A stretch of 64,000 nt of DNA, taken from NCBI GenBank assembly GCA_046563655.1, contig CM102286.1:10292001-10356000 (forward strand). The letters run 5' to 3'. The translations under genes were made by a program, and so were the position numbers. Shown piece after piece: positions 39,798 to 53,300 of the stretch. The stretch is from Yuukianura sp. NJ FZ-2021. Taxonomy: Eukaryota. Below the pieces are notes generated by a model. That model was not told where the DNA came from. It searched no databases and saw only the letters and a list, made by a program, of their open reading frames with translations. Every line of letters starts with the position of its first letter. The stretch's first letter is position 1.

Positions 39798-39890
39798 ACC
39801 ACAGTTTTGCGGTAAGCCGGTCTCAATGTCGTATCAATTGTCAACTCCCTCCAGAAGGATGCTCAACCCTTGAGCATTGCCCTACCTTGT
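39798..39890 (+). mobile_element. HINE-like 3' terminal module capping the 195-bp array
   Basis: Close copy of 25165-25257 and the reverse complement of 22809-22902: GTCGTATCAATTGTCAAC..CTCCAGAAG..ATGCTCAACCCTTGAGCAT..CCTACCTTGTTTT. Confidence 0.85.
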
Positions 39891-39927
39891 TTTCTTTTGC
39901 GAAAAAATATTTTCCCAAAAAGGTTTG

Positions 39928-42900
39928 AGTCTCAAAAAGGGCGGTTTAGACCTACACTCTACTGGAAACAAGTGGAACCGAAGAGGTATGAGTACAAGTG
40001 TTTGTTAGACTTTAAATCACATTAATCGAAGTGGAATCGAACGAACGACAAATTATTGCGCGACGCAATGCTCTGACTAAGCGTGTTAAAAACAATGCAG
40101 CGGTGGCGTCAAAATCAAACTGTTCGATGTATTCTTCCAATGCAATTTTGAGGTACCAAAAAATAGCCAGTCTCAAAAAAGGCGGTTTAGACCTACACTC
40201 TACTGGAAATAAGTGGAACCGAGGAGGTATGATTACAAGTGAGCGTTAGACGTTAAATCAAGTTCCCGTTGTGACACTCGAATAATAAAGTGGAATCGAA
40301 CGAACGACTTACGAACGATAAATTATTGCGCGACGCCATGCTCTGACTAAGCGTGTTAAAAACAATGCAGCGGTGGCGTCAAAATCAAACTGTTCGATGT
40401 ATTCTTCCAATGCAATTTTGAGGTACCAAAAAATAGCCAGTCTCAAAAAAGGCGGTTTAGACCTACACTCTACTGGAAATAAGTGGAACCGAGGAGGTAT
40501 GATTACAAGTGAGCGTTAGACGTTAAATCAAGTTCCCGTTGTGACACTCGAATAATAAAGTGGAATCGAACGAACGACTTACGAACGATAAATTATTGCG
40601 CGACGCAATGCTCTGACTAAGCGTGTTAAAAACAATGCAGCGGTGGCGTCAAAATCAAACTGTTCGATGTATTCTTCCAATGCAATTTTGAGGTACCAAA
40701 AAATAGCCAGTCTCAAAAAAGGCGGTTTAGACCTACACTCTACTGGAAATAAGTGGAACCGAGGAGGTATGATTACAAGTGAGCGTTAGACGTTAAATCA
40801 AATTCCCGTTGTGACACTCGAATAATAAAGTGGAATCGAACGAACGACTTACGAACGATAAATTATTGCGCGACGCAATGCTCTGACTAAGCGTGTTAAA
40901 AACAATGCAGCGGTGGCGTCAAAATCAAACTGTTCGATGTATTCTTCCAATGCAATTTTGAGGTACCAAAAAATAGCCAGTCTCAAAAAAGGCGGTTTAG
41001 ACCTACACTCTACTGGAAATCAGTGGAACCGAGGAGGTATGATTACAAGTGAGCGTTAGACGTTAAATCAAATTCCCGTTGTGACACTCGAATAATAAAG
41101 TGGAATCGAACGAACGACTTACGAACGACAAATTATTGCGCGACGCAATGCTCTGACTAAGCGTGTTAAAAACAATGCAGCGGTGGCGTCAAAATCAAAC
41201 TGTTCGATGTATTCTTCCAATGCAATTTTGAGGTACCAAAAAATAGCCAGTCTCAAAAAAGGCGGTTTAGACCTACACTCTACTGGAAATAAGTGGAACC
41301 GAGGAGGTATGATTACAAGTGAGCGTTAGACGTTAAATCAAATTCCCGTTGTGACACTCGAATAATAAAGTGGAATCGAACGAACGACTTAAGAACGACA
41401 AATTATTGCGCGACGCAATGCTCTGACTAAGCGTGTTAAAAACAATGCAGCGGTGGCGTCAAAATCAAACTGTCCGATGTTTTCTTCCAATGCAATTTTG
41501 AGGTACCAAAAAATAGCCTTCTCAAGAAAGGCGGTTTAGACCTACACTCTACTGGAAATCAGTGGAACCGAGGAGGTATGATTACAAGTGAGCGTTAGAC
41601 GTTAAATCAAATTCCCGTTGTGACACTCGAATAATAAAGTGGAATCGAACGAACGACTTACGAACGACAAATTATTGCGCGACGCAATGCTCTGACTAAG
41701 CGTGTTAAAAACAATGCAGCGGTGGCGTCAAAATCAAACTGTTCGATGTATTCTTCCAATGCAATTTTGAGGTACCAAAAAATAGCCAGTCTCAAAAAAG
41801 GCGGTTTAGACCTACACTCTACTGGAAATAAGTGGAACCGAGGAGGTATGATTACAAGTGAGCGTTAGACGTTAAATCAAATTCCCGTTGTGACACTTGA
41901 ATAATAAAGTGGAATCGAACGAACGACTTACGAACGATAAATTATTGCGCGACGCAATGCTCTGACTAAGCGTGTTAAAAACAATGCAGCGGTGGCGTCA
42001 AAATCAAACTGTCCGATGTATTCTTCCAATGCAATTTTGAGGTACCAAAAAATAGCCAGTCTCAAAAAAGGCGGTTTAGACCTACACTCTACTGGAAATA
42101 AGTGGAACCGAGGAGGTATGATTACAAGTGAGCGTTAGACGTTAAATCAAGTTCCCGTTGTGACACTCGAATAATAAAGTGGAATCGAACGAACGACTTA
42201 CGAACGATAAATTATTGCGCGACGCAATGCTCTGACTAAGCGTGTTAAAAACAATGCAGCGGTGGCGTCAAAATCAAACTGTTCGATGTATTCTTCCAAT
42301 GCAATTTTGAGGTACCAAAAAATAGCCAGTCTCAAAAAAGGCGGTTTAGACCTACACTCTACTGGAAATAAGTGGAACCGAGGAGGTATGATTACAAGTG
42401 AGCGTTAGACGTTAAATCAAATTCCCGTTGTGACACTCGAATAATAAAGTGGAATCGAACGAACGACTTACGAACGATAAATTATTGCGCGACGCAATGC
42501 TCTGACTAAGCGTGTTAAAAACAATGCAGCGGTGGCGTCAAAATCAAACTGTTCGATGTATTCTTCCAATGCAATTTTGAGGTACCAAAAAATAGCCAGT
42601 CTCAAAAAAGGCGGTTTAGACCTACACTCTACTGGAAATCAGTGGAACCGAGGAGGTATGATTACAAGTGAGCGTTAGACGTTAAATCAAATTCCCGTTG
42701 TGACACTCGAATAATAAAGTGGAATCGAACGAACGACTTACGAACGACAAATTATTGCGCGACGCAATGCTCTGACTAAGCGTGTTAAAAACAATGCAGC
42801 GGTGGCGTCAAAATCAAACTGTTCGATGTATTCTTCCAATGCAATTTTGAGGTACCAAAAAATAGCCAGTCTCAAAAAAGGCGGTTTAGACCTACACTCT

Positions 42901-45900
42901 ACTGGAAATAAGTGGAACCGAGGAGGTATGATTACAAGTGAGCGTTAGACGTTAAATCAAATTCCCGTTGTGACACTCGAATAATAAAGTGGAATCGAAC
43001 GAACGACTTAAGAACGACAAATTATTGCGCGACGCAATGCTCTGACTAAGCGTGTTAAAAACAATGCAGCGGTGGCGTCAAAATCAAACTGTCCGATGTT
43101 TTCTTCCAATGCAATTTTGAGGTACCAAAAAATAGCCTTCTCAAGAAAGGCGGTTTAGACCTACACTCTACTGGAAATCAGTGGAACCGAGGAGGTATGA
43201 TTACAAGTGAGCGTTAGACGTTAAATCAAATTCCCGTTGTGACACTCGAATAATAAAGTGGAATCGAACGAACGACTTACGAACGACAAATTATTGCGCG
43301 ACGCAATGCTCTGACTAAGCGTGTTAAAAACAATGCAGCGGTGGCGTCAAAATCAAACTGTTCGATGTATTCTTCCAATGCAATTTTGAGGTACCAAAAA
43401 ATAGCCAGTCTCAAAAAAGGCGGTTTAGACCTACACTCTACTGGAAATAAGTGGAACCGAGGAGGTATGATTACAAGTGAGCGTTAGACGTTAAATCAAA
43501 TTCCCGTTGTGACACTTGAATAATAAAGTGGAATCGAACGAACGACTTACGAACGATAAATTATTGCGCGACGCAATGCTCTGACTAAGCGTGTTAAAAA
43601 CAATGCAGCGGTGGCGTCAAAATCAAACTGTCCGATGTATTCTTCCAATGCAATTTTGAGGTACCAAAAAATAGCCAGTCTCAAAAAAGGCGGTTTAGAC
43701 CTACACTCTACTGGAAATAAGTGGAACCGAGGAGGTATGATTACAAGTGAGCGTTAGACGTTAAATCAAGTTCCCGTTGTGACACTCGAATAATAAAGTG
43801 GAATCGAACGAACGACTTACGAACGATAAATTATTGCGCGACGCAATGCTCTGACTAAGCGTGTTAAAAACAATGCAGCGGTGGCGTCAAAATCAAACTG
43901 TTCGATGTATTCTTCCAATGCAATTTTGAGGTACCAAAAAATAGCCAGTCTCAAAAAAGGCGGTTTAGACCTACACTCTACTGGAAATAAGTGGAACCGA
44001 GGAGGTATGATTACAAGTGAGCGTTAGACGTTAAATCAAATTCCCGTTGTGACACTCGAATAATAAAGTGGAATCGAACGAACGACTTACGAACGATAAA
44101 TTATTGCGCGACGCAATGCTCTGACTAAGCGTGTTAAAAACAATGCAGCGGTGGCGTCAAAATCAAACTGTTCGATGTATTCTTCCAATGCAATTTTGAG
44201 GTACCAAAAAATAGCCAGTCTCAAAAAAGGCGGTTTAGACCTACACTCTACTGGAAATCAGTGGAACCGAGGAGGTATGATTACAAGTGAGCGTTAGACG
44301 TTAAATCAAATTCCCGTTGTGACACTCGAATAATAAAGTGGAATCGAACGAACGACTTACGAACGACAAATTATTGCGCGACGCAATGCTCTGACTAAGC
44401 GTGTTAAAAACAATGCAGCGGTGGCGTCAAAATCAAACTGTTCGATGTATTCTTCCAATGCAATTTTGAGGTACCAAAAAATAGCCAGTCTCAAAAAAGG
44501 CGGTTTAGACCTACACTCTACTGGAAATAAGTGGAACCGAGGAGGTATGATTACAAGTGAGCGTTAGACGTTAAATCAAATTCCCGTTGTGACACTCGAA
44601 TAATAAAGTGGAATCGAACGAACGACTTAAGAACGACAAATTATTGCGCGACGCAATGCTCTGACTAAGCGTGTTAAAAACAATGCAGCGGTGGCGTCAA
44701 AATCAAACTGTCCGATGTTTTCTTCCAATGCAATTTTGAGGTACCAAAAAATAGCCTTCTCAAGAAAGGCGGTTTAGACCTACACTCTACTGGAAATCAG
44801 TGGAACCGAGGAGGTATGATTACAAGTGAGCGTTAGACGTTAAATCAAATTCCCGTTGTGACACTCGAATAATAAAGTGGAATCGAACGAACGACTTACG
44901 AACGACAAATTATTGCGCGACGCAATGCTCTGACTAAGCGTGTTAAAAACAATGCAGCGGTGGCGTCAAAATCAAACTGTTCGATGTATTCTTCCAATGC
45001 AATTTTGAGGTACCAAAAAATAGCCAGTCTCAAAAAAGGCGGTTTAGACCTACACTCTACTGGAAATAAGTGGAACCGAGGAGGTATGATTACAAGTGAG
45101 CGTTAGACGTTAAATCAAATTCCCGTTGTGACACTTGAATAATAAAGTGGAATCGAACGAACGACTTACGAACGATAAATTATTGCGCGACGCAATGCTC
45201 TGACTAAGCGTGTTAAAAACAATGCAGCGGTGGCGTCAAAATCAAACTGTCCGATGTATTCTTCCAATGCAATTTTGAGGTACCAAAAAATAGCCAGTCT
45301 CAAAAAAGGCGGTTTAGACCTACACTCTACTGGAAATAAGTGGAACCGAGGAGGTATGATTACAAGTGAGCGTTAGACGTTAAATCAAATTCCCGTTGTG
45401 ACACTCGAATAATAAAGTGGAATCGAACGAACGACTTACGAACGACAAATTATTGCGCGACGCAATGCTCTGACTAAGCGTGTTAAAAACAATGCAGCGG
45501 TGGCGTCAAAATCAAACTGTTCGATGTATTCTTCCAATGCAATTTTGAGGTACCAAAAAATAGCCAGTCTCAAAAAAGGCGGTTTAGACCTACACTCTAC
45601 TGGAAATAAGTGGAACCGAGGAGGTATGATTACAAGTGAGCGTTAGACGTTAAATCAAATTCCCGTTGTGACACTCGAATAATAAAGTGGAATCGAACGA
45701 ACGACTTAAGAACGACAAATTATTGCGCGACGCAATGCTCTGACTAAGCGTGTTAAAAACAATGCAGCGGTGGCGTCAAAATCAAACTGTTCGATGTATT
45801 CTTCCAATGCAATTTTGAGGTACCAAAAAATAGCCAGTCTCAAAAAAGGCGGTTTAGACCTACACTCTACTGGAAATAAGTGGAACCGAGGAGGTATGAT

Positions 45901-48365
45901 TACAAGTGAGCGTTAGACGTTAAATCAAATTCCCGTTGTGACACTCGAATAATAAAGTGGAATCGAACGAACGACTTACGAACGACAAATTATTGCGCGA
46001 CGCAATGCTCTGACTAAGCGTGTTAAAAACAATGCAGCGGTGGCGTCAAAATCAAACTGTCCGATGTATTCTTCCAATGCAATTTTGAGGTACCAAAAAA
46101 TAGCCTGTCTCAAGAAAGGCGGTTTAGACCTACACTCTACTGGAAATAAGTGGAACCGAGGAGGTATGATTACAAGTGAGCGTTAGACGTTAAATCAAAT
46201 TCCCGTTGTGACACTCGAATAATAAAGTGGAATCGAACGAACGACTTACGAACGACAAATTATTGCGCGACGCAATGCTCTGACTAAGCGTGTTAAAAAC
46301 AATGCAGCGGTGGCGTCAAAATCAAACTGTCCGATGTATTCTTCCAATGCAATTTTGAGGTACCAAAAAATAGCCTGTCTCAAGAAAGGCGGTTTAGACC
46401 TACACTCTACTGGAAATCAGTGGAACCGAGGAGGTATGATTACAAGTGAGCGTTAGACGTTAAATCAAATTCCCGTTGTGACACTCGAATAATAAAGTGG
46501 AATCGAACGAACGACTTACGAACGACAAATTATTGCGCGACGCAATGCTCTGACTAAGCGTGTTAAAAACAATGCAGCGGTGGCGTCAAAATCAAACTGT
46601 TCGATGTATTCTTCCAATGCAATTTTGAGGTACCAAAAAATAGCCAGTCTCAAAAAAGGCGGTTTAGACCTACACTCTACTGGAAATAAGTGGAACCGAG
46701 GAGGTATGATTACAAGTGAGCGTTAGACGTTAAATCAAATTCCCGTTGTGACACTTGAATAATAAAGTGGAATCGAACGAACGACTTACGAACGATAAAT
46801 TATTGCGCGACGCAATGCTCTGACTAAGCGTGTTAAAAACAATGCAGCGGTGGCGTCAAAATCAAACTGTCCGATGTATTCTTCCAATGCAATTTTGAGG
46901 TACCAAAAAATAGCCAGTCTCAAAAAAGGCGGTTTAGACCTACACTCTACTGGAAATAAGTGGAACCGAGGAGGTATGATTACAAGTGAGCGTTAGACGT
47001 TAAATCAAATTCCCGTTGTGACACTCGAATAATAAAGTGGAATCGAACGAACGACTTACGAACGACAAATTATTGCGCGACGCAATGCTCTGACTAAGCG
47101 TGTTAAAAACAATGCAGCGGTGGCGTCAAAATCAAACTGTTCGATGTATTCTTCCAATGCAATTTTGAGGTACCAAAAAATAGCCAGTCTCAAAAAAGGC
47201 GGTTTAGACCTACACTCTACTGGAAATAAGTGGAACCGAGGAGGTATGATTACAAGTGAGCGTTAGACGTTAAATCAAATTCCCGTTGTGACACTCGAAT
47301 AATAAAGTGGAATCGAACGAACGACTTAAGAACGACAAATTATTGCGCGACGCAATGCTCTGACTAAGCGTGTTAAAAACAATGCAGCGGTGGCGTCAAA
47401 ATCAAACTGTTCGATGTATTCTTCCAATGCAATTTTGAGGTACCAAAAAATAGCCAGTCTCAAAAAAGGCGGTTTAGACCTACACTCTACTGGAAATAAG
47501 TGGAACCGAGGAGGTATGATTACAAGTGAGCGTTAGACGTTAAATCAAATTCCCGTTGTGACACTCGAATAATAAAGTGGAATCGAACGAACGACTTACG
47601 AACGACAAATTATTGCGCGACGCAATGCTCTGACTAAGCGTGTTAAAAACAATGCAGCGGTGGCGTCAAAATCAAACTGTCCGATGTATTCTTCCAATGC
47701 AATTTTGAGGTACCAAAAAATAGCCTGTCTCAAGAAAGGCGGTTTAGACCTACACTCTACTGGAAATAAGTGGAACCGAGGAGGTATGATTACAAGTGAG
47801 CGTTAGACGTTAAATCAAATTCCCGTTGTGACACTCGAATAATAAAGTGGAATCGAACGAACGACTTACGAACGACAAATTATTGCGCGACGCAATGCTC
47901 TGACTAAGCGTGTTAAAAACAATGCAGCGGTGGCGTCAAAATCAAACTGTCCGATGTATTCTTCCAATGCAATTTTGAGGTACCAAAAAATAGCCTGTCT
48001 CAAGAAAGGCGGTTTAGACCTACACTCTACTGGAAATCAGTGGAACCGAGGAGGTATGATTACAAGTGAGCGTTAGACGTTAAATCAAATTCCCGTTGTG
48101 ACACTCGAATAATAAAGTGGAATCGAACGAACGACTTACGAACGACAAATTATTGCGCGACGCAATGCTCTGACTAAGCGTGTTAAAAACAATGCAGCGG
48201 TGGCGTCAAAATCAAACTGTTCGATGTATTCTTCCAATGCAATTTTGAGGTACCAAAAAATAGCCAGTCTCAAAAAAGGCGGTTTAGAGCTACACTCTGC
48301 AGGAAAGAAGTGGAACCGAGAACGTATGAGTAGAAGTGTATGTTTGATGTTCAGTCAAGTTCCCA
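39928..48365. repeat. 270-bp satellite array, ~31 highly homogeneous monomers, 6-mer higher-order repeat
   Basis: 270-bp period; a 1-bp deletion variant recurs at ~41515, 43135 and 44755 (1619-bp spacing); terminal monomers are diverged. Confidence 0.98.
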
Positions 48366-48388
48366 TGTTTCTTTAGATGTAGTGTGTG

Positions 48389-48572
48389 CCGTGTTGCTGG
48401 ATATCCACTTTTTTAGCAATTCGTCCAAGTGATATGCACTGGATAAATCCGGATAAAATCCAGTTTCCGATGGACGAAATTGAGTTTCATCCGGAAGAAA
48501 CCAATAAAATCCGGATATATCCACCACTTTCAAGACGAGTGGAAGAAATATTTTATCCATCCAGCAACACTG
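48389..48572. mobile_element. hAT-type MITE
   Basis: TIRs C(C/A)GTGTTGCTGGAT; 8-bp flanks AGTGTGTG / GGTGTGTG (7/8 match); ATCC/GGAT subterminal repeats. Confidence 0.7.
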
Positions 48573-48589
48573 GGTGTGTGTGTGTGATT

Positions 48590-48771
48590 TTTGGAAAAAT
48601 CACGACACAGAGATTGACCAATCAAGTGTTGACGGATCCGCATAGTCCTGGAAGGTTCCGTGTCCGTGTACCGATGTCATGTCGGACAATGGCGACTTTG
48701 CAAAATCCTGGAATTGTGCCGTTGGAACTGTCATGAATGCAGGACCAGAAAAACGATGTACTGTTTGGTAG
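48590..48771 (+). pseudogene. Neprilysin (peptidase M13) C-terminal fragment with frameshift
   Basis: QVLTDPHSPGRFRV..PMS / DNGDFAKSWNCAVGTVMNAGPEKRCTVW* is the canonical M13 C-terminus; the frame is broken by an ATGTC duplication at 48674-48683. Confidence 0.85.
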
Positions 48772-48899
48772 AGAGACATTGACCTTTGACCTGATTTGGG
48801 TTACAAGGTCACTATCTCAACTTTCCTATCAACTAGCAATAGAGGCTGAGAATATAAGGTGCCCTAAGGTATTAAATTATACACAAACTAAACTTTTTT

Positions 48900-49352
48900 C
48901 CGTAGCAACCCATCTGCGCCTAACCAAAGTGCGCCTTTATCAATATGCGCTTAAAAAATGTGCGCCTCCATCCAAAGTGCGCCTCCAGCCTCCAATTAAA
49001 TACCAGGTAATATTTGGCTTCATTCAATTACAAGTTGGAGTTCTCCAACAGGGGTAGTTATCCACAACCCAGGGGTTTATAGTTTCCCGCGCCGAAGGCG
49101 CGGTGTTAGGTTTTTAAATTCGCAATACTGATTAAGTCTCAAGGGTTTAGATTGGGTAGGTTACGTTTGCTTAACGTTCGAAATACTGATTACTTTTCGA
49201 GGGTTTCTGCTTAGGTTTGGTTAGTTTTATTGGTGGTTTTTAACTGGATCTGAAGGCACTGTTTGAATGGAGGCGCACTTTTGCTGGAGGCGCATTTTGG
49301 ATTGAGGCGCAAATATTTTAGGCGCATATTGGAGATTCGCACTTTGGTTGGT
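48900..49352. mobile_element. MITE remnant with inverted (T)GCGCCT subterminal repeat clusters
   Basis: GTGCGCCTCCA repeats at 48915-48990 mirrored by TGGAGGCGCAC repeats at 49268-49345; central GCGCCGAAGGCGC and GTTAGGTT motifs. Confidence 0.55.
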
Positions 49353-49355
49353 TGG

Positions 49356-49741
49356 ATTATACCCTTATGTACGCATGTTAAAAACTTGGAAAAATTTCGA
49401 GAAAAAGGTCACTGACATCCTCAGACAACCCAAAAAATGACCTCTACAAAAGTTGTTGGCCTTGATGAGGGGATCATTTTTTGTCCTTTGACATATGACC
49501 CTGCGACCTGTCGTTAAGGTCATAGGTCAATTTGAAGGTTTAACCTAACCTAACTAACTTTCAAATTGACCTATGACCTCAACGGAAGGTCACAGGGTCA
49601 TATGTCAGAGGACAAAAAATGATCCCCTCATCAAGCCCAACAACTCTTGTAGAGGTCATTTTTTGAGTTGTCTGGAGATGTCACTGACCCCTCTAGCCCC
49701 GAAATTTTTCTGTTTTTAACATGCGTACATAAGGGTATAAT
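49356..49741. mobile_element. Near-fully palindromic MITE (~185-bp arms)
   Basis: ATTATACCCTTATGTACGCATGTTAAAAA termini; arms are complementary up to a central TAACCTAACCTAAC loop; a third terminal copy follows at 49740-49767. Confidence 0.8.
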
Positions 49742-50371
49742 TATACCCTTATGTACGCATGTAAAAAATCCAACCCATTTCAAATAATAAAAAATGTGAA
49801 GTAAAATGAAACAGATAACTTCAAAAACTGTTTTCCTGAGGTAGCCTTTGAACCCGAGCGATGCTGACCCGAAGCCCTTCTTTTTCAGTAGTTTCTTCGT
49901 AATTTTGTGTTTGAACTTTTTTCCAAATGCTTCCGCAGTTTCGAAGTTGATTTGGAAGTCAAGGTTTAACACCACATTGTTTCAGTCTCTACTAAATACC
50001 ACAGGAACGATACATATACGATGAAGTGTGTAACTACTATACGTTTAAAGTGTACAAATTTATTTAGATGAAACAATAGTTCAGAAAACATCACAAAGTG
50101 TAAATTAGATTTTAGTTCGGCAGTACTAGTGCCCTAAGTGAAATAAAAGTAGCGGTATTTAGCATTTAAGGGAAGTTGTTTTGGGAGGTTTGGAAGGGAG
50201 GCTGCCTTCCCCTCTTTTTTTCACGTGGATAATAAAGTTATTATTATGCATGTGACTCCTTAAAGAACTCTCTGCTTTGTGTTCTCTATGTCTTATGTCT
50301 CCAGAAATTCGAATTAATTTGTCTTTCAATACTTTAAGGTACAATTAATGAATACTTTAGCTTTAGGGAAA

Positions 50372-53300
50372 TTATTCAAATGAAAAGTCGTCTTGAATGG
50401 CGGGCTCATTACGAATTTCCATCGTAGGAACTGCACCGCGTCGTCGCTGCCTCCCTGTTCGAGCGTTTCCCCGGTTTTCGTCGTCCTGACGATTAGTGGG
50501 TTCAAAATGTCTGTCTTGCTCAGAAGCTCCACTCTCGATGACATTTGATCCACATGTCAACTGTGGTATAAATGTGTAGACGACCGGCGCAGTCGCAAAC
50601 GTCGGCAAGACTTTCCGGAACCTCTTGAAGTTCACTCCTTCAGATTGGTCATCAATTGGTTTATCCTGCAGTGTGAACTTGCGGTTGCGTTGGTTGGAGC
50701 TTTCAGTCAAGATTAGCGATGCGAACGAATATTCCAGTGGCCGCACCTTGTCGTAGCCGTCCTTCTGGTTTTGACCTCCGTCTTTTGCGTCAGCATTCTA
50801 GAACAAAATTGGCACATTAGTTGAACAGTATAGAAGCCAAAAAATAAAAGATAATCCTATAAAATACTTATGCGATTGACTACGTAATTTCCAAACTTAC
50901 ATGCCCATTACTTTGGACAATTACAGGAGTCACAGTCTGAGCCAACTTTGTAGAAGCTGGTACTTTGTTATCCTCAAGTACTTTGCGTCTTTTGTTTACA
51001 TTAGACACACCATTACTATAAACTGCGTCATTAATGGTTGTGTCGCGCTCAATCTGTGACTCCTCAACTTCATCGATGTTCCGGCGCTTGGATCTTGTGA
51101 GTCGTTCACTTGCCCCATGAGGAATCGTATTGTCTGGAGCAACGATATGTTGAAGAGGGATATTAGAGGAAGCGGACGGTAGTCGGATTTGTTGGCTCGA
51201 TGTTTTCATTATGGTTTCAGAAGCGGGAGTTGGCGGAATTTCAAAATCATCCGAATCATCAGGTATAGGAGCTCGAGTTGTGTCGACATATCTAGCTCCC
51301 CTTGAGGTTGAAAATGAACTGGAAGCAGCAGCTCTTTCTGCTTGAGTTGGAATTGTAGCGGGAACAACTTGCGTTGATGCTGTGGAGGGCTCAGGTTCGT
51401 CATCACTGCTGTCGAAGAACAGAGATGCTAACTTCTTTTCCTTACTTTTAGCAGTAGTGTTCGAATTCTGGGTGCACTTCACAGCTTCTGAATTAACGTC
51501 GAAACTTTCTTCTTTGCACCTATTCAATAACAATTTTATTACAATTTTTATGAGTTTAAATATATTTTATTATTTATATTTTTATTCAACTTCTCATTCG
51601 GGGGAAGTATTTCAAATACTGTTAGGTAAAAGGACTCTCTCCTTTTCTAATCCATAAATGCATTATATTACTAATTTGTAATATAAGTGGCAATAACCCA
51701 AGTATGTTGCTGATTTTCGTCAAGAATGAAAATCCACATTAAAATTATGGCCTACTATAATTTATTATCGCACCTTCGTTTGCTCGCTCCAGCTTCTTCG
51801 ACCGAGTTATCCAAACGCTCTCGCTTCGGCTTCAGAATAGGAACTGAATCTTCTGTTTTTCCCGATGGAGTCATAGTATTGAAAGCGTTCCCGGATGCTG
51901 ACGCCTCTTGAGTGTTTGGAATAATACTCCTTTGTGTTTCGTCACTGTTGAGCTGACTGCTAAGAACTTGCTGCGAAGTTCGAACAGCATTTTTGGCATC
52001 CGGATTTGTAAAAACGGATGTGTCAATATGAACCACCGCCAAACCAATTTCTTTCTCTGGAACAATCCGCTTTCCTTTCTGTAAATAAGCCTCTGACGAA
52101 AAGAAAACAATAAATTACATTCCCGAAATAAAGAAATGCCGACTTAAATAATATTAGTTCTAGGTCACTCACCAAGTAGTAGTTTCGCGCTGCCGTGTAC
52201 CGTTGCTTGAAGGTGGGCCATGTCACCGATGATGACCGAAGAGTGACGTTCGACTATTTCACTTAAACCAGCAACTAGTAAACTGGATTTCCCTCCACCA
52301 CGCTTGATGATAGACGAATAATTTTTCAATAACTTTTCGTCTGCAAAGATGAAATATTTCTCCCGAAAAAGCACGTCGCGTCGTGAAGATGGTTTGAAAA
52401 GGTCAGCGGTTCCCAGGAGTGACTTCTCTTGGAGTGGTGGAAAATAGTCTCCGGGATTTGGCAAATTTTGACCTTCAACGGCGGCTTTCAAATAGTCATC
52501 AAAATAACTCGGAGTGACGATGTATTTCCCAAAGATCAACGCTCCAACTACTTTTATGGTAAGTTTGATTTCTTCCATGACCAAGTAGTCTATACCCTCT
52601 TCCCATTCTGGTACAATGTGACCTCCAAGCATACGAATATTTTTCTTCAGACATGTCAAATCCTTTACTTGGGACGTAGTGATAACTAATGGCGTGTATT
52701 CGAACCTATTTATAGAGTCATCAAATATCAAGTCAACATTAACGTACCAACATCATGCCACTGCCGTTTCTGGAACAAATTGGTGAATGAATCTTACCTA
52801 AACTCATTCCATTGCACTCCAATGCGTATCCGACCACCCGGGGCGATAATATGAGATTCTTGTACGGAAGCTTTGATTTTGTTTTCAATCCCATCATTTA
52901 TGAATGAACCGAACTTGCTACCAAGATCCGTTAGACTAAGGCTTGGTTTTATACTTGGAGTACCCTGCAATTAAAGCATCGTTAAACATTGGAGACAAAG
53001 TACTAAATTAAATTGTTCATAATTGTATTCAAAACTGAGAATTAAGATTCAGAATTAGGATTTAAGGATTTAGTGGCGTACAGCGAGTGACTTTTCACAA
53101 TATGTCCTTAAAAAATAGCCACGAACAAGCCATGATGAAAGTCAGTGTTCCGAAAAAGGCGCTGTTTTTAAAGACGAAGCTTTACTGTTGCTGTGAATAG
53201 CTTTTTCCCCATGTTTTTGCTTCTTACGTTTAAAAAGCAATGCTGTAAATGCTGCACCAGCATTGCTGCTGCAAGGAATGCGACCGAAATCAAGTACCAT

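Noticed and set aside
40095..40135. tRNA or Pol III A/B boxes in the 270-bp monomer (GTGGCG..GTTCGA)
   Set aside because: Spacing is too short, the matches are poor and no cloverleaf could be folded.
25258..48365. CRISPR array or other repeat-spacer system
   Set aside because: Units are wholly repeated with no unique spacers, there are no cas genes, and the context is eukaryotic.
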